Positions 33,054 through 46,712 of a stretch of DNA of 64,000 nucleotides are shown piece after piece; position 1 is the stretch's first letter, and every line of letters begins with the position of its first letter. This DNA is from Pocillopora damicornis (Eukaryota): assembly GCF_003704095.1 (NCBI RefSeq), contig NW_020846470.1, forward strand, positions 73,725 through 137,724. The letters run 5' to 3'. The notes under the pieces are model-generated. The model ran no database searches. It worked only from the letters and a program-made list of their open reading frames with translations, and was not told where the DNA came from. The position numbers and the translations under genes are program-made.

Positions 33054-36000
33054 GCAAAGTTTTTAAGCAAATAGTTTCCATTTTTTATTCTGATAGTTCA
33101 GTCGAGTTACTGCATTTTTATGTATCACTGAAAGTGAGTTGTACAGGGACTACGTAAAACCAGGTAAAAGCGGTGTTTTATCCCTATTGGAATATGATTC
33201 TCTTCAACAACTTCGTTTCTAGGGTCTCTACTATCGCACTTGTCGCTTTTGGGGCGGAACGAACAGAGAGTCTGGGAATGAAGTTGAATTAGTCATTGTT
33301 CCTTTGTGATAACTTAAATAAATTGATATTTGAATTAATCTCTCAGAAAAAGCACGCAAATCTTGGATCTAGCCGAGATTTAAGGTCAAATTACGGTAAA
33401 TCTTTTAGACTTTGTAATATTCATGATGCTATGCACCGCTGTACAGTTTTGCATACGTTAGTGAGCAAGCATTATCAGCTCGTTCGTCAACTTCGCATGG
33501 TATTTAATTTCGTACATTGCATGCGTGGGAAGTACAACACTTTTTAGTGTTCTTAAAACTTATCACTATTTCTTTGAGACCTTTTTTTACGTTTTGGTAA
33601 AAAATTGTACGATACGCGCCTGCGCTTAAAACCGGGCTGTAACTTCACAGAACTTTGCATGCGAGTATTTTTACAGATCCAGAGGTGTTTCATTCCTTTT
33701 TTTAAACAACCTCTCTACAAGTGTGTAAAAGCTTGCGCAACTACTTACTTTGCAGAAGTATTGGTACAGAGTTAGGGTTTTTTAAGCTCTACCAGTAATA
33801 ATAGCGAAGTATACATTTTTTATTTGTGTTAGTTGTAAGTGTAGTGTTTTAGTAAATTGATATGAAGTGCTTTAACCATGTAAATATGCTGGTATTAGAT
33901 TTTATAGTAAAATATTTGTAACTGTATGGCAGAGCCATACGAGTTTTTTTATTTCTTACTTGTCGGTCAATATTTCACTGGCTGGCAAATCTAGTCGAGG
34001 AGAACGTTTCTGACGTCAGTAAGAGTAGATGAACTTACCGCGATAGATGTAATGAGTGGAAGTGTCAACGGCCATCATCATAGTTTTGAAATAGCTCAGA
34101 ATTTAATGTACAAATAAGTTTATTGTAAATTTGATAATTCATAAAGCATGGACTAGGTTTTTAAAAATTATTTAGGGCTACCTGTTGGCGTAATAGTACT
34201 CATAAAAATTATCAGTTGTTAAACCGACAGTAACTTATCAGTCAACCAGAAAGTGTCCACAATTATTTTCCATGTTCGCGTGGCATATTGACGTGACTCG
34301 GAAGGTTTTTCTTCGTATCATGTCACGCAACATAACCTGTTACACATTTAGTGCTTCAGCCTACTCGATTAACTAAAAATGTCTTGAGCCGCTTGGAAAA
34401 GGAAGATGAATCCTACCTCACTTTTGAGTGTTTGTTTGATTCTTGAAGGTAGGCTATAGCGAGGAATTTAACAGAGCTATGTAAAGTGAGATGTACACCA
34501 TAAGGGAGGTTTATTTTTAGCGATGAACTCGTTGTCAAGACGAGTAATGTATTCAAATTCACATTTTCAATCTTTTCAATTTACAAGGCAAAATGAAATA
34601 AATGTCTTAATTGCTCATTTCTAATTGTTGTCTGATGCTTACGACTTTGATAAAGAGGAAAAAATAGAGACATATTTATCCACGAGTGATTCAATCCAAC
34701 GAAGGAATGATATTCTCCCGGCCATCAATAAGCACAGACCAGTAGGGTCAGGTTAAATATGCTCGAAAATTTTAACATTATGCTTTTGAGCGTCACCTCT
34801 TAAAACGGCATTATAACGAAAATTATGCTGTAAATTTTTCAGAAACCTCAATTTACAACTTCAAAATAAAAGCTCTCTCCCCAATCTCCCCCGCCCCTTA
34901 CTTATTCCTACCACCAAAAGGTAAACATTGCTAAGAAAAACAATTTACTAAATCAAAATTGCTAGTTGGCAAACGATAAAAGCAGGCTAATTGTTGACAT
35001 TACTCAGGCTACAGAATTTATCTCGTGTTGAACTGTAACATCAAGTGGATTTTTAAAAAAAGTTTAGTCATGCCGACAGTGTGCCCGCAGCTCTGACCGT
35101 AAAATAATGCCCAAAACTATGCCTGCACTGAATTCATCTGAACCCACCGACCAGAATTAGAGACGTGAATCAAATCAGTGATTAAAAGGTACAAAGCTTC
35201 TAGACTCTCGCGCTGAGGTATGGGAACAAGCTCATTTATTACCAAAGGCGATAGCAGGGTTAACTCTTGCTGCGTTTTTGTCTCCATGTTACATTTTGGT
35301 ATTTCAATGCTTTTTGGCACGTGTGGGAGTGTGTAACTGGGCGAGAGATTAGAGAGGAGGAGAGACAAAAACCCCTAACATGATCCAGCTAAAAATACTC
35401 ACTTAAAGATAAGATCTTTCGTTTCACGTTGTCAAATCCGGCTCCAATGAGAGCTGAAGTAATCAGGAATCCTCTGGCAAGCTTGTCCTGATCTAGGTGA
35501 CCTGTAATCATAAGAAATCTTTGCGTAAATCCACGTTGTCATGACCCGAATTTGGATAGGTGCTATTAATGTTCATTAGTTGCGTCACGCTTCTGATCAT
35601 CATGAAGAACACGCAGCCTGAGGCTTTCACGTCCGTTATTTGCAATATTTCATTGATATTCCTGGTCCTTCAGCAGTCCTTATTTCCTTTGGTTTTTGCG
35701 ATTATTTTAAGTTCTCCGTCTTATCAACGACAAGTTTTGAACGAACATTGCATAGCTCCCTCGACGTTCACGGTACTGAGAAGCTGACGAGGACCGGAAC
35801 GTAGTTTACCGATTTTGTAACCCTGTCGTTAATGTGCTTATTTTTACACCTCTGGATTTCTCGTTGTTAAATATTTAGCCTGGTTTCTATATGATACCGT
35901 AGATCATCCAGATTGTCTCAGTTTTCGTTACGATTGCGACAACCCAAACAAAAACAACAATATTTTCCATTTAGCTATAAAATGCAAAACCAATCCTTGA

Positions 36001-36502
36001 ATTCAAAAATAAAAGGTAGGTGCATATATTTCATAATAAGGATGACATTGGCTGTCGCCTGAGGGAATATAAATTTCGATACTCAAGTTTTTCTCCTTAT
36101 TTAGTAGAGAGACCAGCTTCTTCAAATTTGCGAAATTATGGAATATAGGTTTACGTCTGAAGGGTAACTTCTACTCGATAATCAGGTTATTTTTTTATTT
36201 CGTAACAAGTTTACTTTGGATTTCAAATCATGAAATTTAGTAATTAATTACGATTTGTTTGTACCATGACGTCAAATGCTAACTACTTTACTTAGCGTTT
36301 CCTGTAAAATCGCGATAAAACACTTTACAATCCCAGTAGGCCTTGCGTGCATAGTTTCTTTAGACGTACCTGTAAACGGCAGCTATATATTACGTAGAAA
36401 CCCCTGTCAACTTCATTTTACATTGAAAACTTGGTAAATTAGCTCATACTGCGTATGACTTAACACTTCGTCATTACCCAAAGTGATTTTCCTTTCTTCA
36501 TA

Positions 36503-36640
36503 ATGAAGCCGCACGTTGAAAGCGTCGAGATATCGAGTCCAATGGACATCACTGACGGCGAGTACGGCGAAGAGCAACAAACATGGAGTATTTCTGTAAC
36601 TAATCTACCAAACGATGTTTTTGAGGATCAAGAAACAAAG
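36503..36640 (+). CDS. RCAN: RCAN exon 1
   Basis: ATG at 36503, protein MKPHVESVEISSPMDITDGEYGEEQQTWSISVTNLPNDVFEDQETK. Donor is AAG|GTATGT. A TATA-like ctatatatta sits at 36383-36392, about 110 bp upstream. Confidence 0.75.
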
Positions 36641-39599
36641 GTATGTTAAAAGAGAGATATCGTAAGCTCTGTGTTTAGCTGTGAATTATTAGAGCTCGCT
36701 ATCTTAGCGTTTTGTTTTAAAACTGGTCCATTTCGTCGAAATACAATGTTCTTGGGACCAAAACAACTGTGGTATTCAAGAGAATAGTTGTCATCAAGCT
36801 CACTTCTCTCTAATTTAGCTGCCTTTTCAGCCCTGTTTGGTTGGGAATCCTAAAGCATACAAAAAACATATTTAGATCGCAAAAAATGATTGTAAGCTTG
36901 GTCGATTTTTTTAGTTGAGGTGGGGAATGTTTTGCATTGTCTATTAATAAGCTTATGAAAACTAGAAAGATTTCGTTTGTTAATGAACCGATTCGGGTTT
37001 CGATTGTTAAAGAGAATTACGTAAAATCCATCGTTCGAGTTCACCAGAGTTCAAAAATTTTGGAGAGTTAAGAAAAAATTGAGACTAATATTAATGATGA
37101 TGAACGGACATGAGATAATTAGTGACTGTCACTTTCAAGAAAACAAATTTGATCAGAAAATTCTTCATGTTAAGTTCTGTTCCAGCAAGTCATGCTTTGC
37201 ATGAGGAAAAGGGACAGGTTGGTTACTTACAAGCATAGAAATAAGGGGGGACAGAGCAGGGTGTACATCATGCCTCTCTAACTCTGAGCAACAAATGAAT
37301 ATAACAATCTACATGAGATTAGAGGAATTTTTTTTGGAGTTGTGACCTTGGGAAAGACCCCAAATCCTCATCATAACAGGGGTTTCCAGAACTGTCATTA
37401 AGAGTCATTATGTAGATGACTAAAACCCTCTGTGAGTCTGTCTTCTTCAACCACCTACTTTCACCTCCTTGTACCATAATTTCTGATCACAAATGGTACA
37501 AGTATTGAAATACAATCAAAGAAATTTGTGTAGCAGCCATTTCCCAGTTTTAAGGGGAATTAGATGTGTGAATGGATTCCACTTTTAGAATTTGCATTAA
37601 GGTTGGTACAAACTTTTTGGAATGCTTGGGACATTTTAAGCAAATAGTTCTCAGTCTTGGCTTTGTAATCTAATAATGAAATGACTTGAGGTCCAGGTTA
37701 TCCTGGCTTCCTAATATTTCTTATTTGCACCCCAGTTACTGGCAGAAAACAGCTGCTTTCAAGGCCTTTTACTTATTAGATCTATGTCATTCAAACCATT
37801 TTTCAAGGCTTAATGCGCAATGCCTTTAGAAAGTTGGCTTTGTCAATGTAGACTTGTAAAATCTGAAAAAGAAAAAGAGAATGTTATTAGAGGTAAAAAC
37901 ATGGAGTATTATATGATATACTTTGTGTTTAACCACACCAACAACTTTTCATCAGAGAAAATGAGCAAGTATTTAGAGTACTGTATGCAAATTTCTGTCT
38001 TAATTAAATTTAAGCCCACAGTCATACCATCATTCAAGTCATTAAATTGGTTAATTGTCAGCAAATGTACCTGTGAAAAATTTTTTTCTCAATGTTTGGG
38101 GCTCAGATGGCTTGTTCATGTGGTGCCTTCAAGGAAACAGCAAGCCACTGTAATCTTTTTCTCTTTACATTGAAGTTATAGAAACATCCATATACCAGTA
38201 TTTCTAACTCAAATACAACAACTTCTTATGTTGATTTATGCCTGAGCTTAGCTGAAAGTGGAGTTTGCCCTGTGTAAAATCTGGTATTGTTATGCATTTT
38301 TTGCTCAACAGGGTTTCTCTTTAGAAGGCAATGTCAAATTCACTTTTCTGTGTGTAAATAGTCTTTCATTACTTTTTCTTGATGTAATTATTACTCTACA
38401 GAATTTGACAGGTCCTATTTAGTGCCTATTAGAATTAGCACTTGGCATTTCTTCTTTGCAGGAAGTGTTTGAAAAGTTGTTCTCACCTTATGGAAGTGAA
38501 AGTGACAGAAGCTTCATCTACTTAAAGACTTTTCATAGAGCAAGGGTTACATTTGCCAATGAAGAGTACGCAAAAGAAGCTAAGAAATACCTGCATGGGC
38601 AGCATTTTCTGGGCTATGAACTTGGCATCTTCCTTGTTCAGGTGACTATTTACACATCAAAGAGTGATGGATATGCAGCCCTTCCTTACCATATTTTATG
38701 AACAATTGGAAATAAAATACTGATCCCCACAGATGATCTTTCCAGAAGACATTGCAGATGTGTGACCTCAAAGCTCCTTTGGTAGTAGTGATCAATTGGT
38801 ATTTGGGAGGCATTGGTTTGAATTCAGGCTTCTTTTACAGCAATGTCATCAACTCATTCATCTTTGAGGATCAGATCTTAATTTTTGTTCATCCACTAGG
38901 AAGAATATGGTTCATAGACTGAATCAACCTATGATTTGTAAACACCCTACAGTAGACTCTGAATACATTTTTACTTCTCCAATTTCCTCCTTGGGATGGA
39001 GGGAGATCGATTCACAAGTATAGACCTGTGCTGATTAAATTGCAATAATCACATAAGCATTTTTGATAGAAGATGGTGTGGCAAGGATTAGTGGTATGAA
39101 TGACTTCTTTCACTAGAGAATTTCATTTTCTATGGCCTTGATAACAAAAAAAGGAAGTATGACAAACTAATCCAGCATTAAAATCATTTTCTAACACACT
39201 TTTGTGAAGTTGATTCATCAGATAGTTTTGATCATTTAGATATTGTGTATTATTTTGCAGAGACGGTCCTCCCTTAACAACAACTCTAATCTTAAACCTC
39301 CACCTCAAACAAAGCAGTTCCTGATTTCCCCTCCTGCATCACCTCCAGTTGGCTGGGAACAGACTCTTGAGTCTCACCCAGTGATCAACTATGATCTGCT
39401 GGCTGCTGTAGCCACTTTAGACACTTCACAACCTTGCCAGCTACACAAGTCTGTTGAAGATGCACCCAGCATTGTGGTACACCTGTGTGATGAAGGAGAT
39501 GTCCAAGATGGTATGAATGATGAAGGAAGCAAGTTCCACCCATTGAAAGCATTGCCAAGGGAAGTTGTGCAAACAAAAAGACCAGAAAGAAAATTGTAG
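36503..39599 (+). CDS. RCAN: RCAN/calcipressin (regulator of calcineurin) gene span, 3 coding exons, about 218 aa
   Basis: Exons 36503-36640, 38462-38641 and 39261-39599 join in phase 0. The hallmark FLISPPASPPVGWE motif and the C-terminal block PSIVVHLCDE plus a KRPE..L tail match the RCAN family (FLISPPxSPP, PxIxIT-like). The N-terminal RRM-like block ISVTNLP...F...LF..YG...F.YLKTFHRARVTF is also present. Confidence 0.85.
38462..38641 (+). CDS. RCAN: RCAN exon 2
   Basis: Acceptor is cttctttgcag|, donor CAG|GTGACT. Protein EVFEKLFSPYGSESDRSFIYLKTFHRARVTFANEEYAKEAKKYLHGQHFLGYELGIFLVQ. Confidence 0.8.
39261..39599 (+). CDS. RCAN: RCAN exon 3 (calcineurin-binding C-terminal half, stop TAG at 39597)
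   Basis: Acceptor is ttattttgcag|. Protein RRSSLNNNSNLKPPPQTKQFLISPPASPPVGWEQTLESHPVINYDLLAAVATLD... Confidence 0.85.
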   Translation, partial: RRSSLNNNSNLKPPPQTKQFLISPPASPPVGWEQTLESHPVINYDLLAAVATLDTSQPCQLHKSVEDAPSIVVHLCDEGDVQDGMNDEGSKFHPLKALPREVVQTKRPERKL

Positions 39600-39644
39600 A
39601 GAATATAAAGGAGGGGTTTATGTTTTAAAATATATTAAGAGTAC

Positions 39645-39697
39645 TTATACAGCTTCTTATACAGCTTCTTATATAGCTTCTTATACAGCTTCTTTGT
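39645..39697. repeat. 12-bp tandem repeat (TATACAGCTTCT) x about 4, in the RCAN 3' UTR
   Basis: tatacagcttcttatacagcttcttatatagcttcttatacagcttctt, starting about 45 nt after the RCAN stop codon. Confidence 0.8.
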
Positions 39698-42312
39698 TTT
39701 TATCATTGTGATCTAAGTGACCATTCTCTTTCACCTGAAACATGCAAACTAAGGTGTAGTATTAACTTTATTTCAGTTCAGAAAACATACTGACAAGTAA
39801 TGCCGTATTGGTAGAGATACATCTTTTCATTTGTGAAAAGTTCTGACTTGAGCACAAGGTGAAGGTGATGAACAAGAAAATAAATTAGTTTAAAATTTTA
39901 TTACCGTATTTATAGAGACTTCAGTCAATCATGTTGATTAGTTAAAAAGAGATAACTTATTTAAAAACAGTAAGCACAAAAAGTCTTGTGGGTCATTTAA
40001 CTTGCATCTTTTGCAGTTTTTTTGCAAATCCTTAATGGGTTCAGTTTACTTCTTTAAACCTCAAGCCAAAATGAGTAGCTAATCATTGTTATCAAGCAGC
40101 TGCTGATAATTATGGTTATGATAGTTATGGTAATGATCCAAGACTCTGAGTGACTTTTTTGATAAGTGGCTGCTAATTGAAAGGCATCAGAAGTATTTCA
40201 TTAAGTTAAGTAATTTTTCTTGGATTCCTTGTTGTCTTTCACTGAAGAATAGTCTAGGTTGGATGGTTCAAGACGTTTTGCCATATTTTTGCATCTCAGA
40301 TTTTGAGTGCCTCTGAAAATTTTCTTAAAATAAGCCTGTTATCCTTTCTGATACCTGGTAAAAATGTTTACCAATGGTATATAGAATGTGATCTGTTTGT
40401 GATCATTACCGGTACTTTATTTGATTAAATTTTTTGTGATCATGCAGCTAAGCATCAAACAGTAATAAATGAATCAAACAAATAGATGGACTGTTCCTTT
40501 TGAAATTGAGTTGTCAATGAATACGCAAGGATTGATTTTTAATATTGCAGGGAAGGCTGGCATAATGGTCTGCGCTCTACTAGCTGAAAGACTCTCGGGT
40601 TGATCGTGTAAAGGTGTTTCGTGACGACAGAGTTATGCGTGACTTAGGCTAAAGCCGTTGCGTGATGAAGAAGGTGAACGTTACTAGACCTTAGTTGAAG
40701 CCATCGAGTGTTAGTCGGGTCCTCCTCTATCCAAGATCGATCGTATAACCAAAATGTTAATACATAGCTACCCCAAGCTTTCTAAAGTGCCTCACAAGCT
40801 TCTGTGCACATCGAATAAGAGGCGGTCAGCACAGCGATGAAAACAACAGCGAGATTTGTTCACTTTGATTGAATGTAGTTAGCTGATTTACGTACGCGCT
40901 TTGTGCGGTTCTTACTTGTGATCTATGGGAGGACAGACAATAAGTCATCAGCATATTGACCTTGACGAGGTACACGCATAAAGCTTCTCCCTTGCACAAT
41001 TGTTAGTTAGGTGCGGCAGTGGTCAAGGAATGGAATGCTTTCGGTTTTTCAGAGCTCCTCGTTGGTCTCGAAAACTCTTCAAACTCGTGTCACCCTCTCA
41101 ACCAATTGGGCGCATGGCTAACACCGGCCATGACCACCGGCATTTTTCTCGAGAATCTTGTTAAAAATACAACAGCAGATTCAGTTTAAATATGAACAAA
41201 TAATTTATTGAGTTACAGATTTTGATGTATCATCCCTACAGACACCCCACAAATCTACCAAAATAATTTGAACACACCGAAAGAGTTTGCAAACACAAGA
41301 TCCATGAGAAACGATTTGCCACTGAGGACTTAAGCATGGTGGTACATAAAGAAGAAATTTGAAACGAGAAAGAGAAGCACTGAATAGCGTCTACATCTGC
41401 ATCTTCTACTTAGAAGGTTTCCACGGCAAACGCAACTTTTGGAAAGACCTTGCGCCTTGCTGACGTTTTGGTTTGGTACTATGCGGAGCAGAAACATAAA
41501 GGAGGATTATCTAACAAGCCTTTAAAGCTGATACATGGTCAGGCAAAAAACAAACAGACAAACAAACAAAAAGTAAGAGCGGGCATGTTTTTGTGATGAA
41601 CATTTCAGTAAGTATACCTCACCAAGTCACAGATATGATAGGAGAAATACAACAGTGAATTCAATCACCATGTATTCAATTTTTCACATTTGGAAATTCA
41701 GTATTTTACAACGATTTGGGTAAGTATTCTTTATCTCCACAGCCAACGACTACATAATTGTAAGGCTTAAGAGCTGCTTAAGAATTAAATTGTCTGATCA
41801 ATCACCATGACTTAACACGCAAAGTTCAAATTACCACGGTTATGATTATGTAGAAATTTCTTCTTTACATGTACCCTTTTCAGACCGCCCATAAATAACT
41901 TATTAGGGACAAGAAAAAGAACGCAGGATTTCTCGTGTAATGTGATAGCAGCCCAGGGTGAGAAAGAACATTATTTACCATCGCTCTCTTGCCTGAATAC
42001 ATAGACCCTCTGCATAAAGTAATTAAAGCTACAAGTACTGACTGTAACCTGTCATCTAGGAATAACTCAAGTGCAATTTTTTTCATGCAGATTTAAAAAA
42101 ACACAAACTAAAGAATCACACTAAAAAGTTAGTCAAACTTTGAAACATGAAAGTAAAAAATCGAAGTCAACGACAACGACAGTTGCATAAATAACGAAGT
42201 ATTTTTTACAACGATGCTCTTTCCTTTTTACAGTAAAATCAGTATAGAAAAATAAAACTCTAGATATTTAGTATGAACTTGGTGCAATAAATTGCGACAT
42301 CCATTTAAACTT

Positions 42313-42709
42313 TTATAAGTTAATTTGAACATCTTCTAACCCCAAAGGAGATACCACTTTGTTCTTTTTCTTCAAACTGTACTTTCTATCTCGAGTGGTA
42401 GCACTGCTGATGGACTCGGTTTCTCCGGAACCATCCGAACTATGGGTCGCGTCGCTCTCGAGCGATGTTCTCCGATTTCGAAAACTTTCGGGATTGTGAC
42501 TGAACGATCGGCGGAAAAGCGACGACTGATCACTGGTGAGACGTAAGAAGGGGCCTGGATCCGATGCATTGAGCTTGTCGTCTGCGTTGTTACGTCGGAA
42601 GCTTGGCGATCTTGGCGCAATGGCGTTTGCTAAATTATAACCAGCCTTGATGCTCCGCTTTATTGCCTCTTTGATGCACTTAACCATCTCTCTCTTTTCT
42701 TCTGCAGTT
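42313..42709 (-). CDS. TIAM: TIAM-like terminal exon (PH C-terminal helix, Ser-rich tail, stop at 42313)
   Basis: Acceptor is catttttgcag|. Protein ..[39 protein letters not shown]...[21 protein letters not shown]. One or more PH exons between 44800 and 42710 were not resolved. Confidence 0.55.
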
Positions 42710-45700
42710 CTGCAAAAATGTCACATGAAACCTTTCAACACACACCGTCTCAGGAAAAGTACGGTAACGGGCGCTTGTTTAAAGGTCACCACTCTGAGGA
42801 TACGTTATGGTTCAAATATTTCTTCCAAATAAAAACAACGACTTTGGTGGGAAAATTTTAAAGGATCAACTGACAAAAGGAATCCGACTTTACATTGGTT
42901 TGATCGTACTTAGTGCGGTGTAATTGGTCTACAAAACTCACACCTGCCTCCCCAACCGTTCTTTACGGTGGCCAAATCACATAACACGCTCCACCGACGC
43001 AGCATCACAGCTTCTTTAGAAACTTACCTCCTCCCCCCTTCTCCCCCCCAACTTGGTTCAATCGTAATTTGGATACTCGCGTTTTTGCGCTCATCAGCAA
43101 CTTTCTTTGTTTTATTTTGAGTTCTTATTGACTCCTAATAGTTCTATTCGTTCTGAATGGCCAGTGTGGTCACTTTTGTTTTGGTTTTATGACAGTCGAT
43201 CGAAAGGTGTTTTATCAATTGACCTTTTCACATCCAGACAGGAGTGAACAAAGTGAGTTTTCTTTACAATACCAGACCATTATCTAGCAGAAAGTAACGA
43301 TAAGAAAAAAAATATATAAAAGAACGGAGTATTGCAAAATCTAACACAAAATCTCAAAGCTAAATTATAAGTAATTTATGGCAGAAAGAAAGGTGAACTA
43401 TTATTGAGATCTTGTGAATGAAAAGGTGGATATTAATATGTCAAGGATTAAGTCCTTTCCCTCGCAACAACCAACGGACAGTTCAATACAATGTACAATT
43501 GAAAATGAACCAGTATCAATATTACTTGTTTGCAAACACATATGCACATTCTTGTCTGCCAATCTCTGCTGTATCGCTAATGTTCACCAATTCCCACGAA
43601 TGTATTGGCTCCGGACCTGAAAGGAAACACAATTTTATGACCAAAACAGGACTGAAAACATGAAACACCGATCAAATGTAAATGACATAAATGAAACTTC
43701 CCTTTCCCTGGAGGACATACTGTGCTGTATGGCAGATCGTAACCTCTATAAAAAATCCCCCCTTATTATAATTTTCCAAACAAATCGTGTTCTATTATGT
43801 CAAAAGGTATTTGCCTTTCCCTAACGTCTGTTTTCAGCGTCAATTTGTAATCTTCTTTACTATTAACACCACTCGCTTAACCGGCCTAGCATCAGAATAA
43901 AAGCTCTCCATACTGTTCTCTATACATTTCCTACTCTTCTTGAGTTTGCGATTATTTCCTTCATTCTCGTTACCTTAATGTTTGATTCAGGGTAGATACT
44001 GTTGGGAGAATAAGGTTCTTATCTCTCTTAGGGGTTTAAGGGTTAACCACAAATCGGAAATTTGGCAACTGATTTCGAGGGAAAGTATGAGGGAAAAAAA
44101 CAACATTTTACCAGGAAATTAGAAAATCACTTTGTGGCCTCGGTAAGGACAGCATAGAATATTACATGTCAAGTTAACATACATCACATACCATCATTTA
44201 ACCAACAGTGGTCTCGCACAACCAGTGAAGAAGCTGGGATAATAGTTTTAAATTTGATTTCATCCGATGATCTTAAAGAAGTGGGCTGAAAAGAAAAATA
44301 GACACAGCTGTTAATAAAGTATCTGACAAAGGGCTAACGCTCGAAACGTCAGCATTGAAACTCTTGACGGTGGCCAATTTACGTTTTGTATTCAGTTAAT
44401 AACACTAATTACCTTGTTATACTCTCCCACCGACGCAGCACTACAGTTTCTTAAGAAACTTACCCCCTTTGTTAATAAGGTACATGTGTACTAATAGGGA
44501 AATGCGAGACAAGAACAACAAAACCCTATCTTCGACTCACCCGATCTTTTTCTTTCTTTTTCTGTTTCCGCTCCAAGTAAAGAAGAATCAACACTTTTTC
44601 AAATGCTGTTGTGAAGGTAGAACAAAGTACGGAATTTCAGGTCCAGATAGACGTACTAAAAACATATTTCTACGGAACGTGAGGGTTAAAACGATGTAAA
44701 TATCTTCTGCACAATCAAAGGGGCAGGGGCAGTACAGTAACCAAAGCAAACAATGCTTGTAAAAGACACCATTACAAATAACGGACCTATCTTTATCGAT
44801 GCTATCTTACCGAAAAGATGCATGGTCCCTGGAGTCATCTTTTTTCCAATTCTGGGAGAGACTGGGTACTTTTTAAGCGTTCCACTTTTCAGTAGGTCAT
44901 CCGGGCAATTGAGCCAACGAACTTTCCCATAATGTGTCAGCCGATCTATGCTGACGTCAGCAAGCTACCAGAGAAAAATAATTGAATGAACGATTCGGGA
45001 ACATAAAGGGGAAGTATGTTTTCATGATTGAGACGGTAAAGCAAAAGATCAGCGTGGAGTATGGAGAATTTCCAAGGAAAAAATCCGACAAATACTATCG
45101 AACCTCGAGGGGAAATAGCAGAGTGTCCTTATTACTGAAATGTTAGTCTGTAAACTTGAAAAAGAAAATAAGTCTCAATTTTGACTGAACACAGAAAACA
45201 GTTTGTAATGAAGGGGTGAAAGTATTAGAGGTGCACCTGCTCTACCATTTTACTACGATATTTAAGCCACTAAAAACAATATGTACGGCTATCGTTTGTT
45301 TCTTTCTGTTTGCCCTGCTTCGAGTTTGGTGAGCTCGCACACTATCTGGAATTCTCGCGCCTACCTCACCTAGACGTGGATATTTTTTGCCATCAAGATA
45401 ACTAAATTCTTCCATGGTCATCCATCGCAAGCAAGCGTGTATCTTTTTTACTTTTTTTACGATTAGCCCAAGGTAACCGTGATTTGTAATTTACCTCGAA
45501 TACTCCAAACTCTTCAATCAGTTGATGAAAAACCGGTGAGAACTGCTCTGTAATCCTCTGCATCTCGTTAATGTGCTCAGCAACTTTTTCAATTGCAGTC
45601 ACAGCCTCTGAAAATGTGAAATTCTGTTGAAATCCTTATCTGCATCTAACCAGATAAGTAAGCCCCAGCGTATGGGTTGTTGAGGTGAGACATATGATTC

Positions 45701-46681
45701 CTTACCTAAAAGGCAATTATATTCTTCACTGGAGCTATCCAGGAGCTTTAAGATTGTCCGCAATAGTAGAGGGTACCTTACTACGCGCTGCAAATAAGAA
45801 CACGTTTTATTAGATCAATGACAAATTTGTGTATGACAAAAACAAAGAAAGATCGTAAATTCTGAACTCGTTCGTCGAACAAACAAAAGATGTTAGGAAT
45901 TAGTCACGAGCGTTGTACCAAAAAGAAAACAATAATATACCGAAAAAAAAGAAAGAAAGAAAGTAAGTAAGCTTCAACAGTTCATAGCTCTGCTACAAGT
46001 ATACTTAAGGGCAAATTTCATATTTGGCACACCAAATCTCAGCTTCATCCCAACCCTGTAAGACGTTACGTAGGCAGGTAAGGAATACTGGCTAATTAAC
46101 ATAATTAGCCCCTTAATACGAAGCAGTAAATGGGTAAAAAATAACTTTTTCTTTTCACCTGAATTGGCTTGATAAGGTAAGATTCCAACGTCCCTGAATG
46201 CTGATTCTTTGGATTACGGGCATGAAGGAACTCATGCAGCGCCGTGTTTGATCCTGGAAAAAAAAATACAAAATCACTATCTCCACAAGCGACACATAAA
46301 TTGAGCATTTTTATAGTTTCCTGGGCCATTCTAGGCGATTTAAAAGAAAAAGTGTCACATGCAGTTTCTATTTCTAAATACTAAAGAAAATAAAAAAGGA
46401 GAAGGAAGTCGCACAAAAAAATTGGACTCTGGGATCGAGAATGTGAAAGGGAAAAATGGAGTCTCAGCCCAGTAGTTCCATATGACTAATGCCTGGGAAA
46501 CGAGACGATCGTAGATTGACAGATGGATCTCTAAATCGCTTTGATTTTTGCATTCACAGAACAGATAGTCTCCTTCACAGCCGTTGTTTGGTCTCGCCAC
46601 GCGTTCTCTCGTCCACCACCAGTGGAAGAGAGAGGGCGTTGCGTGACGAGACCAAAGGAGATTACAGAACAGAATAAGGGA

Positions 46682-46712
<31 letters not shown>

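Noticed and set aside
26940-44060. ttaggggttaaagggtta / ttaggggtttaagggttaacc strings as telomere-like repeats
   Set aside because: Only two isolated, non-tandem occurrences. They are not a telomeric array.
45705-45725. Apparent stop codon (TAA) inside TIAM-like DH exon 6 when I index the printed bases by hand
   Set aside because: The supplied ORF track reads straight through (..[14 protein letters not shown]..), and that frame splices perfectly into the next exon. A compensating difference of one base at about 45665 and 45720 is most likely my own miscount of the printed sequence and not a real frameshift. I flag it so that it can be checked computationally.
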